The translations under genes were made by a program, and so were the position numbers. Positions 36,603-45,410 of a stretch of 60,936 nt of DNA are shown here, piece by piece. Numbering within the stretch: the stretch's first letter is position 1; the number at the start of each line of letters is the position of its first letter. A model generated the notes under the pieces. It made no database searches. It had not been told where the DNA came from and was given only the letters and a program-made list of their open reading frames with translations. Source of the DNA: an uncultured Candidatus Saccharibacteria bacterium (lineage in GTDB: Bacteria; Patescibacteriota; 4484-211; JAGQKX01); NCBI GenBank assembly GCA_964597265.1, contig CAZQWJ010000001.1:1-60936 (forward strand). The letters run 5' to 3'.

Positions 36603-37294
36603 CTATGGCTGGATTTATAGGGAGCACTCAAAATCATCTCGACATCATTGATATAAAAGATGATGTACTCGTACTCAAAGGAGGACGCTATCGTATTGTT
36701 CTGGAAGCACAGGCAATCAACTTTGACCTTTTGTCAGAGGCCGAACAGGATGCCGCGATTTACTCCTATGCCAACCTTGTTAACTCGTTGGATTTTCCGA
36801 TGCAAGTAGTGATCCGAACCAGGCAAGTTGATATTACCGAGTACATTGCGTATCTGCAGGGGTATAGCAAATTACAACCCACTGCAACGCTTAGGCAGCA
36901 ACTCGAAAACTACATCAAATTTGTACGCGAATTGGTATCAGAAAATACCGTACTGTACAAGAGGTTTTACGTTGTCATCCCACACACCAGCAAAGTCGCA
37001 GAACAATCCCAGAGTTTCCTCGACCCTTTTTTCAAGATCTTTGGCAAACAAGAACGTGTCAATTTGGAGTACTCTGCGAAACAACTGGAGGAGGCCAAGA
37101 AAGTTTTTACACAACGCACCCAAGAGCTCGCATGGCAGTTTCGTCGGCTAGGTATCGGTATCAGACAGCTCAATACAGAGGAACTTATCCGCTTGTTTTA
37201 TGATATTTATAACCCGGAAACAGGACAAAATGACGGCTTACAGACCGATCTTATGGGCTACACCAGCACCATTATCAAACCAAGTGTAGCTTAG
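36599..37294 (+). CDS. stand-alone protein resembling the N-terminal domain of VirB4/TrbE
   Basis: 'IIDIKDDVLVLKGGRYRIVLEAQAINFDLLSEAEQDAAIYSYANLVNSLDFPMQVVI' parallels the N-domain pattern of Gram-positive VirB4 proteins. No P-loop is present. Confidence 0.45.
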   Translation: MTMAGFIGSTQNHLDIIDIKDDVLVLKGGRYRIVLEAQAINFDLLSEAEQDAAIYSYANLVNSLDFPMQVVIRTRQVDITEYIAYLQGYSKLQPTATLRQQLENYIKFVRELVSENTVLYKRFYVVIPHTSKVAEQSQSFLDPFFKIFGKQERVNLEYSAKQLEEAKKVFTQRTQELAWQFRRLGIGIRQLNTEELIRLFYDIYNPETGQNDGLQTDLMGYTSTIIKPSVA

Positions 37295-37302
37295 AACGTA
37301 TT

Positions 37303-39576
37303 ATGGCAAATCCGTTGCAGGGTCTACAAAAATTAATTAACAAACTCCTGCCGCTCCCATCAACTGCGGCTCAACCGGCAAACACCGGAGGCGCAACAGT
37401 GTCAGAGGAAGAAAAAGCTAAGCAAGAAGCAGAGAATGCAGAGGCAACAAAAAAAGCCGAGCAGTTTGCGCAGGGTATGCTCACTATCCGCGACCTGATC
37501 GCTCCTTCTGGCATGGAGCATGATTTCGGCTTTCTGAGGATTGGCCAGACATACTACCGGACGTTTTTTATCGCTGGGTACAGACGAGAAGTAGGAGCCA
37601 ACTGGTTATCACCGCTCATTAACTTTCCGCATGCCTTGGATATTGCCATGTTTTACTATCCCGTTGATGCACGGGAAGTACTAAACAACTTACGCCGGAA
37701 AGTTACCGAGATGGAGGCCGAACTCAACATTGAACAGCAACAGGGGCGCATTCTCGATCCAAGCGTTCAACTAGCCCTACAGGACGCACGCGCCTTGCAA
37801 GAAGATCTCGTAGCCGAACGGGAACGCTTTTTTCAATTTGGCCTTTATATAACCATTCCTGCAGAATCTCAAGAAGAGCTTAACCTCATTACCAAACAGC
37901 TCGAATCTGTCCTGGGATCAGCTACGCTCGTATCACGAAAAACTACTCTCCAGATGGAGGATGGTTTTCGATCGACATTGCCGTTTTTCCTGGACAAGAT
38001 TCAAGTGTACCGAAACATGGATACCACCTCGATTGCGACGACATTTCCATTTACGTCATCTAGTTTGACGTCTGATCGGGGGATCTTGTATGGCATTAAC
38101 GAACACAATGCCAGTTTGATTATCTTTGATCGATTCAGTCTTCCCAATGCCAACATGGTAGTATTTGCCAAATCAGGATCCGGTAAAAGCTATTTTGTAA
38201 AACTAGAAGCATTGCGGTCGTTAATGTTAGGTACGGAAGTCATTATTATTGACCCTGAAAATGAATACAAGACTATGGCAGAAGCCATCGGTGGCGAGTA
38301 TATTGCGCTTGATTTTAATTCATCATCAAAACTTAACCCATTTGATCTATCGCAGGTATACGAAGAAGGTGAAGATGAATTGGGCTTAAAGATCCTGACC
38401 CTGCACTCCATGATGAAGGTCATGCTGGGGGACATGAATCCTTCTGAAGAAGCAATCTTAGATCGCGCCCTTTTAGAAACATACCGACTCAAAGGGATTA
38501 CTCAGGATCCTGAAACCCAAAAACTCGACCCGCCGCTTTTGGAAGATCTGTACAAAGTTCTACTGGGAATGGAAGAAGCTGAGGCAAAAAATATTTCGGA
38601 TCGGCTGCAAAAATTTGTCGTTGGGTCTGCCAAAGGACTTTTTGACCAGCAGACCAATGTCGATATTCACAATACGTTTACGGTTTTTGGGATCAGGGAT
38701 CTGGAAGAAAGCGTGCGGCCAATTGGCATGTTCGCCGTGCTTGACTATATTTGGACGCGGGTACGCAGAGATCGCCGCAAGCGGATCCTGATTGTTGACG
38801 AGGCGTGGTTTATGATGAAGCACCCGGACAGTGCAAACTTTCTCCACAGTATTGCCAAGCGCGGACGTAAATATTACCTGGGTCTTACCACTATTACTCA
38901 AGACGTGGAAGATTTTTTGAATACAGACAAAGGCCGTGCTGTTGTAACCAACGCATCTATCCAAGTATTGTTTAAGCAATCTGTTTCCGCCATTAATCAT
39001 TTGACTGAGGTATTCTTCCTTTCCGAAGGGGAGCGAAATCTACTCATGTCTGCCAATGTGGGCGAAGGGCTATTTTTTGCCGGAGAAGCACACGTCGCCA
39101 TGCAGGTAATCGCCTCTCAGGACGAGCACGAAATCATTACCACCAATCCTGCGGAACTGGAAGCTATTGAACGGGCAAAGCAGTTGCAAGAAGTCGAGGT
39201 CGTTACAGAAGAGATTGGCGGGGAGCAAGAGGCAGCTGCATATGATTTTGGTACATCGGTTGACCAAGCACTACAAGAAGAAGCGCCTTCTGAGTCCGAG
39301 GCCAGCGGGGTGATAGAGTTTCAGCAACAGCCAGCAGAAGAACCACAACCACCCGCCCAGGAAACCGAGGAACCCTCTGCACAGGAGATCATCGCTCAGG
39401 CAATGAGCGAAGTGGAGGACTCTCAGTCGCAAGCAGAGATACCCGACACGTTGACCACTGAGATGCTTGATGAAAATCTCACGCAAACACCGCAAGAAAC
39501 TAGTGGGCAAGTAGATACTGAAGAGCAACCAGAAGGGGTCGTCCCAGAGGATGGCGCTACCACGTCATCGAGCTAA
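37303..39576 (+). CDS. virB4: VirB4/TrbE-family T4SS ATPase with acidic C-terminal extension
   Basis: N-domain 'TIRDLIAPSGMEHDFGFLRIGQTYYRTFFIAGY'. Walker A 'FAKSGSGKSYF' and Walker B 'RILIVDEAWFMM'. A C-terminal tail of about 140 aa is rich in Glu/Gln/Pro. Confidence 0.85.
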   Translation: MANPLQGLQKLINKLLPLPSTAAQPANTGGATVSEEEKAKQEAENAEATKKAEQFAQGMLTIRDLIAPSGMEHDFGFLRIGQTYYRTFFIAGYRREVGANWLSPLINFPHALDIAMFYYPVDAREVLNNLRRKVTEMEAELNIEQQQGRILDPSVQLALQDARALQEDLVAERERFFQFGLYITIPAESQEELNLITKQLESVLGSATLVSRKTTLQMEDGFRSTLPFFLDKIQVYRNMDTTSIATTFPFTSSSLTSDRGILYGINEHNASLIIFDRFSLPNANMVVFAKSGSGKSYFVKLEALRSLMLGTEVIIIDPENEYKTMAEAIGGEYIALDFNSSSKLNPFDLSQVYEEGEDELGLKILTLHSMMKVMLGDMNPSEEAILDRALLETYRLKGITQDPETQKLDPPLLEDLYKVLLGMEEAEAKNISDRLQKFVVGSAKGLFDQQTNVDIHNTFTVFGIRDLEESVRPIGMFAVLDYIWTRVRRDRRKRILIVDEAWFMMKHPDSANFLHSIAKRGRKYYLGLTTITQDVEDFLNTDKGRAVVTNASIQVLFKQSVSAINHLTEVFFLSEGERNLLMSANVGEGLFFAGEAHVAMQVIASQDEHEIITTNPAELEAIERAKQLQEVEVVTEEIGGEQEAAAYDFGTSVDQALQEEAPSESEASGVIEFQQQPAEEPQPPAQETEEPSAQEIIAQAMSEVEDSQSQAEIPDTLTTEMLDENLTQTPQETSGQVDTEEQPEGVVPEDGATTSSS

Positions 39577-40668
39577 CGGTACGATCATCACATCCGACTC
39601 ACTCATCAAATGTTGGATACCCGCATAGTTCTTATTCGTAGTAGTAATGAACATTTGATACGTATCCCCTAGCGACACTATCTTGTGCTGATGATCCTCA
39701 TCTAATTCAGAAAACACATCATCCAATAACCACAGTGGCGTTTGTCCGGTTTCTCTACTTAGTAACTTCAAAGCAGCATGCTGCACATGAATCACTACCA
39801 GTCGTTGTTGCCCACGCGATGCGTACGTACCTACATTGATGTATTTCCCGCTACCATTAAACACCGCTTCCAAATACCAGTCGTCCCGCTGCGGCCCCAT
39901 AAGCGAAAATCCTATGGCTATTTCTTTTTTCCGCAATGTTGCCCATTTGTCTTGCAAAAATTCCCGAATTTTTTCCGCTGATTCCCGCACTAATTGCCGC
40001 ACATCGTCTGTTTCTGACAGTAATGGCAACACTTTGCGAGGGCTTGCTAGGTAGGTTATGTGAACAGGCAGTTCCATATTCGTTTGTAACTGTCCAAGGA
40101 GCCAGTGCCTGTACAGCATAATCACCGCAGCATGGCGCGCTAACTCTTCTTCCCATACTCCTAGTTGAGAGACATAGCCTTGTCGTAGGGCAGCATTACG
40201 CTGTTTGAGTACACGCATGTAGTGAGTATGCGCATCATAATAATCCGGAAACATAGCGATAAGGATGCGATCCAGAACCGCCCGACGATTTCCAGGATCT
40301 CCAACAAACAGCTGTACTGTTTCGGGCGCAAAAATGATACTTGGCAACAAACCCGCTACCTGAGCGGTTGTGACGACATTGGAATTTAACACATACTGTA
40401 TCCGTCCCGACTGGATGACCATGCGGACTGATTCTTCGTTGTCGGTATGTATGCTTCCTTCGACTACTGCGAGCGGCTCTCCCCAGCGTATCATATCCGC
40501 AGGACGGCTCTTGCGGCGCAGCGGTATCCCACCAAGCAAAGCGACAGCCTCCAACACATTTGTCTTTCCTGTACCGTTTGGACCAATGAGCACAGTAACC
40601 TGAGGGATAGTAGGCAGAGAAAAGTTCTCAAAATTTCTGAAATCAGCCAATGATAATGCAGTGAGCAT
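39565..40668 (-). CDS. recF: DNA replication/repair protein RecF
   Basis: 'LIGPNGTGKTNVLEAV' Walker A, 'GSGKYINVGTYASRGQQR' signature region, and 'LLDDVFSELD' Walker B. The start is taken at MLTALSL. Confidence 0.9.
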   Translation of the reverse strand: MLTALSLADFRNFENFSLPTIPQVTVLIGPNGTGKTNVLEAVALLGGIPLRRKSRPADMIRWGEPLAVVEGSIHTDNEESVRMVIQSGRIQYVLNSNVVTTAQVAGLLPSIIFAPETVQLFVGDPGNRRAVLDRILIAMFPDYYDAHTHYMRVLKQRNAALRQGYVSQLGVWEEELARHAAVIMLYRHWLLGQLQTNMELPVHITYLASPRKVLPLLSETDDVRQLVRESAEKIREFLQDKWATLRKKEIAIGFSLMGPQRDDWYLEAVFNGSGKYINVGTYASRGQQRLVVIHVQHAALKLLSRETGQTPLWLLDDVFSELDEDHQHKIVSLGDTYQMFITTTNKNYAGIQHLMSESDVMIVPLAR

Positions 40669-40682
40669 GGAGTAAGTATACG

Positions 40683-42266
40683 CTACAATCGCCGAATATA
40701 GTCGCCGTTGACCCAACCAACAGTACCGTCAAGTAAGGTAATTTGGTGCCACTCTCCCTGGCTTTGGAGGAGTACATATCGTTCTCCGGGGTAGACAGCA
40801 CCAAGAAGCTCACTACCCAATGAGGCTTCGGCGCGGACGTTCAAAAATCCTGTAGGTGTGTCTACTATTTCTATACCAATGCCACTACCTTCAATGACAA
40901 ATGGTATAGAAATAGTAGACTGTGCCAATTCGATACCTCGCTGAGTCAAGATAAATGTTTCTGTGGTCGTGATCGGGTAGGCAGAGGCTTTGAATGTTAC
41001 AGGGATCGTTGTGTCAGCTCCCGGAATAACCATTGGATCTGCCAAACTCGCTACCGTGTCAGGGGCAAGCCACACATCAGGATGATAAAAGTTAGAACGC
41101 TGAGTCGTGTTTTGCGGCTGCACACGCAACTGCCCATCACCGCTATCTTCCCAAACCGTCCATCCAGTATTTTTTACTTGAAGAGAAACGGTGCGTATCT
41201 CTTCTGTTTGTAACGTCAGTGTGGTCGGCACATCAAGAATCTGAGATGATGGTACAGGCTCCTGTTGGATAAACGCCAAAAGATGCTCTAATGATCTTTT
41301 TTGTTCCTCAGTAATAGATGACCCCAACACCAACACTGGCGCTTCGCCAGACTGAAACGTAGTAACAGAAACATTCACCGTGGAATAGTCAAAATCCCAC
41401 AACCCCAACCCTTCCCAGATATTTCCTTGTGTGTCTACTATAAACGCAAATGGTATCCGTACAAACACGGCACGTTCTCGAAACGTACGTTCGATCATTG
41501 GCAAAAGCGCCTCAGTTGAAGCATCTATAGCTGTATCCGCCTGATACACACCAAGGCTTTTCCATTCCGTAGTCTGCAATGAGTCTATAGGAACAGGGGT
41601 GCTTGGGGCTCCCCAATCCCACCGTCTATATATAGTAGACTCACGCAAGGCAGGTTCCAATACAAGCCCTTCCTGTTTTTGTATCGTAGTTACAATATCA
41701 AGGAATAATTTGATTCGTACTTCAAGTGCGGTACCCACAGGTACCTCTATATCAAACTCCATGTCTGGGTAGACAGAATGCTCAACTCGTACTGTGTGTG
41801 TACCTGCCATAACTTCTGGCAGAAGAATAGGATTGCCAGTATATGAGGCTTCGTCAAAAAATACTGTGCTATCTGATGGTTGGACGAAAATACGAGACAC
41901 CGTTGCCGATGAATGCATCAACCGAACTAATGCCGCCCCTGTAAGTTGATTGTCTTGCGCTTGCAAAATAAGCTGTAAGGAATCCCCTCTCTCTACGGTT
42001 ACTTCTTCCTGCCACCATACGTGCGATTCTGTTTCTCCAAGTACATTGCGCAGTGATAGCGTGTGTACGCCAACGCTCAGCGGCACCACATCAAGAGGTA
42101 ACGTACCTATCAGACGATTGTCTATATACAGTACCATGGGCAAAAAATCTCCTGTTATCTGCAACTCGCCTCCGGTGTGTGGCAGGAGCTGTCTAAGGCT
42201 GGTCGAACGAAACAAAATGGCTGTTAAGGGGATAACCAAAACTGCTATCCACAGAAGTTTCTTCAT
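40683..42266 (-). CDS. exported envelope protein: PEGA-like repeats, amidase-like remnant, C-terminal SH3b domain
   Basis: A signal/TM segment, 'MVLYIDNRLIGTLPLDVVPLSVGVHTLSL' (PEGA-like), and a C-terminal 'GFLNVRAEASLGSELLGAVYPGERYVLLQSQGEWHQITLLDGTVGWVNGDYI' (SH3b). Confidence 0.55.
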   Translation of the reverse strand: MKKLLWIAVLVIPLTAILFRSTSLRQLLPHTGGELQITGDFLPMVLYIDNRLIGTLPLDVVPLSVGVHTLSLRNVLGETESHVWWQEEVTVERGDSLQLILQAQDNQLTGAALVRLMHSSATVSRIFVQPSDSTVFFDEASYTGNPILLPEVMAGTHTVRVEHSVYPDMEFDIEVPVGTALEVRIKLFLDIVTTIQKQEGLVLEPALRESTIYRRWDWGAPSTPVPIDSLQTTEWKSLGVYQADTAIDASTEALLPMIERTFRERAVFVRIPFAFIVDTQGNIWEGLGLWDFDYSTVNVSVTTFQSGEAPVLVLGSSITEEQKRSLEHLLAFIQQEPVPSSQILDVPTTLTLQTEEIRTVSLQVKNTGWTVWEDSGDGQLRVQPQNTTQRSNFYHPDVWLAPDTVASLADPMVIPGADTTIPVTFKASAYPITTTETFILTQRGIELAQSTISIPFVIEGSGIGIEIVDTPTGFLNVRAEASLGSELLGAVYPGERYVLLQSQGEWHQITLLDGTVGWVNGDYIRRL

Positions 42267-43408
42267 GAATTTTGGCGGTCAAGGCGAACGGGCATGATGA
42301 TTTGGCGCACACTTTCCTGGTCGGATGCTTCAGAAGAAACAAATAATGAGGGAGCATCAGCAGCACGCATCTGTAAGACAACCTGATCACCCTCTATACC
42401 TGTCAGCGCATCCAGCAAATAATTTGCGTTAAATGCTGTTTCTAATGATTGGCCCGACACCGTAACTGGTAGTGTGGTCTCTTGTCTACCTAGTTCATTA
42501 CTTTCTCCTCGTACAAACGCTTTTTGCTGGTCTTGGTCAATCTGCACTCGGATCGTATGGCTTTGGGCATGGGCAAAAATTGCTGCAGTCTTGACTGCCT
42601 GTATCAACGCATCTTTATCAAACTGAACCGTTGTTGCAAAATCGGTCGGTATAATCGCTTCATACCGCGGATACTCTGCTTCCAAGAGCCGTGCGTACAT
42701 GCGCATATCCGGTGTCGTGAACACCACCTGATTTTTGTCCTCAGTCAACCGCAGCTCCCACACATCTTCCGAGATACCAGAGAATTGCCCTATCTCTTTG
42801 AGCATTTTTGCGGGAATAATCATTTCTACCGGCTCAGTAGGCGGTTGCGCATCAATTGCCGACCACGCAACGGTCACTTCTGCCAAACGAAAACCATCAG
42901 TTGCTACAAGAATAAGCCCTTCGCTTGTGCCGCGGCACAAGACTCCGGTTAGTACAGGACGGCTCTCATTTGTAGCAGCAGCAAATAATATCTTTTTGAG
43001 GATTGCCTGCAATTTGTTAGGTGAGAGGGTTAATAATACGTCGGACGAAACACTCGGAAATGTCGGAAACTCGTCCGCTGCCATAGTTACAAAACGAGCT
43101 TCGCTTGCTGTCCCGCCTATAACCAATTGGTTGTCCTGCAAGGCCAACGTTAGCTTTTCTGGGGTGAGGTTTTGGATGTAATTATTGAGTACATTGGTGG
43201 AGGTTGTGGCTTTTCCTTCTTGTTCAACCTTTCCACCCACCCAATATTCCAGCGAAACCTCCAGGTTGGTACCCGAGAGTTTGAGTCTGCCATCAGCTGC
43301 TTCCAATAAGGTGTTGGCCAAAATAGGTAAGGTTGTTCGCGTTGATGCGATTCGGTTGGTTAATCCGATTCCAATGGCCAACTTTTCCTGTAAGACTTCG
43401 ACTTTCAT
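42263..43408 (-). CDS. dnaN: DNA polymerase III beta sliding clamp
   Basis: 'LPILANTLLEAADGRLKLSGTNLEVSL', a three-domain length of 381 aa, and 'ESRPVLTGV'. Confidence 0.95.
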   Translation of the reverse strand: MKVEVLQEKLAIGIGLTNRIASTRTTLPILANTLLEAADGRLKLSGTNLEVSLEYWVGGKVEQEGKATTSTNVLNNYIQNLTPEKLTLALQDNQLVIGGTASEARFVTMAADEFPTFPSVSSDVLLTLSPNKLQAILKKILFAAATNESRPVLTGVLCRGTSEGLILVATDGFRLAEVTVAWSAIDAQPPTEPVEMIIPAKMLKEIGQFSGISEDVWELRLTEDKNQVVFTTPDMRMYARLLEAEYPRYEAIIPTDFATTVQFDKDALIQAVKTAAIFAHAQSHTIRVQIDQDQQKAFVRGESNELGRQETTLPVTVSGQSLETAFNANYLLDALTGIEGDQVVLQMRAADAPSLFVSSEASDQESVRQIIMPVRLDRQNS

Positions 43409-43738
43409 GTTCCTAAGTGTATCACACTCTCTTGACAGACAAAATATTTTGTCCCTCTGTCTTTACATATATTTAAAAAATAGCAGTTGTATTAGTAGTG
43501 GTGTGGAAGTGTTGAATAGCATTGTTGTTGTTTGTGTGACGCTAAAATAACATCAACGCAGGTGCGGATAACATTGTGAACAAAATAACTAAATCAACAC
43601 AAACAATATAATTGTCCACATTCTATATTTATTATCAAAAATTTATCAACGTACTCAGTAAAGTTATCCACAAATATGTTTACATAGTCATGCTGGGCAT
43701 AATTATTCGTTGACACTTATGCAGGTCAACGGTACATT
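43409..43738. promoter_or_regulatory. oriC: chromosomal replication origin (oriC) with DnaA boxes and AT-rich tracts
   Basis: A perfect TTATCCACA at 43664-43672. TTGTCCACA at 43612-43620. TGCGGATAA at 43563-43571. TGTGAACAA at 43575-43583. AT-rich runs at 43441-43490 and 43621-43650. The region lies between divergent dnaN and dnaA. Confidence 0.7.
43710..43738 (+). promoter_or_regulatory. putative dnaA promoter (TTGACA-17 nt-TACATT)
   Basis: The -35 TTGACA is at 43710-43715 and the -10 TACATT at 43733-43738. This implies a very short or absent leader before the ATG at 43748. Confidence 0.35.
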
Positions 43739-45148
43739 GTGAACATTATGCTCGACCCAAAATCTCTCTGGAAGGCAGTAATTGATGAAGTAGATGTAAC
43801 GATCGAATCTGCACCAGTGAAAGCGTGGCTCAAGCAAACGCAGGGATTGTCCTTTGAAGAAGATTCGTTTGTGGTGGGTTGTGAGCATACGTACACGCGT
43901 GATTTTTTGCAAACACACAGTCATGACCTTTTGCTAGACATTTTGCAGCGGATTACCAAACGAAAACTTTCACTACAGTGGGAAATTCTCCCCCCCAAAG
44001 AAACGCGGGAAACAGAAGCGCCCTTGTTTTCTGGTTTTGATCACGAACCAACCGATGCCAGTCGTCCTTCTTCCGGAGCGACATTGTATGAACGTGTGTC
44101 TCGAGAGTTTGACCTCGAACGAATTAATCACAATTACACATTGGATCGGTACATCGTAGGTCCCAGCAACAGGGTAGCACATGCCGCAGCTCAGGCAGTG
44201 ATTGATAACCCTGGTATGGCATATAATCCTTTGTTTATGTATGGCGGTACTGGGGTTGGCAAAACACACCTCATGCATGCCATTGGCAACGGTATCAAAA
44301 AGAATGATCCATCACTACGCGTCATTTACTTCACGAGCGAACAGTTTCTTAATGATTTTGTGGAGTACCTTATGAAGAAAAAAGAAATGATGACGTTTCG
44401 TAAGCGGTATCGTAGTGCGGATTGTATCCTGGTTGATGATGTGCAGTTTCTTGGAGGCAAGGAAGCGATTCAGGAAGAGTTTTATCATACATTCAACGAA
44501 CTGTATCAGAGTGGCCGGCAGATTGTGCTGGTGTCTGACCGGCTGCCGGACGATATTGCAAATCTCGCGGACAGACTGGTCTCACGGTTCAAGGGAGGAT
44601 TGATGGTTGATATTAATGCACCTGATTATGAAACGCGTGTCGCCATAATCCAGACTAAGGCAGAGGAGCTAGGCGTACAATTAGGTGCTCCTGCGGTAGA
44701 ATTGGTTGCTGATCTGATCAAAAGCAATATTCGGGAAATAGAGGGTGCATTGTTAAAAATAAAATCAGAGCTTATTGCTCGCGATGTAGCACATGTTGAT
44801 TTGGCGCTGATTGAGGATATCCTAGGCAAAAGAGAAATGATACGTGAACCGCGGCGTAAGTTGACACCAGAGCTTATTCTTAGTCTGATTACCGAAACCT
44901 ACGGCGTTTCGATGAAAGAGATCTGCGGCAAACGCAGAAAGAAAGAGATAGTAATTCCGCGACAGTTAGCGATGTTTATGCTGCGAGATGAAATAGGTAT
45001 GAATTATGTCGATATTGGCGGAGTATTGGGCGGGCGCGATCACTCAACGGTAATCCATGGATATGAACAGGTAAAAAGATTGATAGCAGGCGGTGACAAA
45101 GCGTTACAGGCAACCTTGACCAGTTTGCGAAAGGAGTTATATGAGTAA
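43739..45148 (+). CDS. dnaA: chromosomal replication initiator DnaA
   Basis: '[23 protein letters not shown]' Walker A, 'LVDDVQFL', '[10 protein letters not shown]', and the C-terminal HTH '[34 protein letters not shown]'. The track start is GTG; an alternative ATG lies at 43748. Confidence 0.95.
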   Translation: MNIMLDPKSLWKAVIDEVDVTIESAPVKAWLKQTQGLSFEEDSFVVGCEHTYTRDFLQTHSHDLLLDILQRITKRKLSLQWEILPPKETRETEAPLFSGFDHEPTDASRPSSGATLYERVSREFDLERINHNYTLDRYIVGPSNRVAHAAAQAVIDNPGMAYNPLFMYGGTGVGKTHLMHAIGNGIKKNDPSLRVIYFTSEQFLNDFVEYLMKKKEMMTFRKRYRSADCILVDDVQFLGGKEAIQEEFYHTFNELYQSGRQIVLVSDRLPDDIANLADRLVSRFKGGLMVDINAPDYETRVAIIQTKAEELGVQLGAPAVELVADLIKSNIREIEGALLKIKSELIARDVAHVDLALIEDILGKREMIREPRRKLTPELILSLITETYGVSMKEICGKRRKKEIVIPRQLAMFMLRDEIGMNYVDIGGVLGGRDHSTVIHGYEQVKRLIAGGDKALQATLTSLRKELYE

Positions 45149-45210
45149 AAAGCAAGAGAGAGCGACTGGTTGCTAATACAGACAAAATTTGCTATCCTTG
45201 CGAACAGTAT

Positions 45211-45366
45211 ATGCCAAAAAGAACCTATCAGCCCAAAAACCGAAGATCCAATAAAGTGCATGGTTTTCGCAAACGAATGGCTTCAAAAGACGGTCGTAAT
45301 GTACTAAAAAGCCGCCGCCTTAAAGGAAGAAAACAGCTTACCGTTCAAAAACGAAAAGCTGCGTAA
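45211..45366 (+). CDS. rpmH: 50S ribosomal protein L34
   Basis: Not in the ORF track (51 aa). Read by hand as [51 protein letters not shown]. It has the canonical L34 N-terminus and lies upstream of rnpA. Confidence 0.9.
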   Translation: MPKRTYQPKNRRSNKVHGFRKRMASKDGRNVLKSRRLKGRKQLTVQKRKAA

Positions 45367-45410
45367 CATACTACCAACTGCTTAGCTGTAGGCTGAACAG
45401 TGTATCTTCC

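Noticed and set aside
21702-39576. The T4SS-like locus as an integrative conjugative element or plasmid remnant
   Set aside because: No integrase, relaxase, VirD4, replication gene or flanking direct repeats could be recognised. The locus is contiguous with chromosomal housekeeping genes on both sides. The tRNA-Ser half-copy at 4388-4425 is about 17 kb away and is not paired with a second copy near the locus.
45149-45210. A second DnaA-box cluster downstream of dnaA (bipartite origin)
   Set aside because: The gap is only 62 nt, and the best match (CTATCCTTG) has three mismatches to TTATCCACA.
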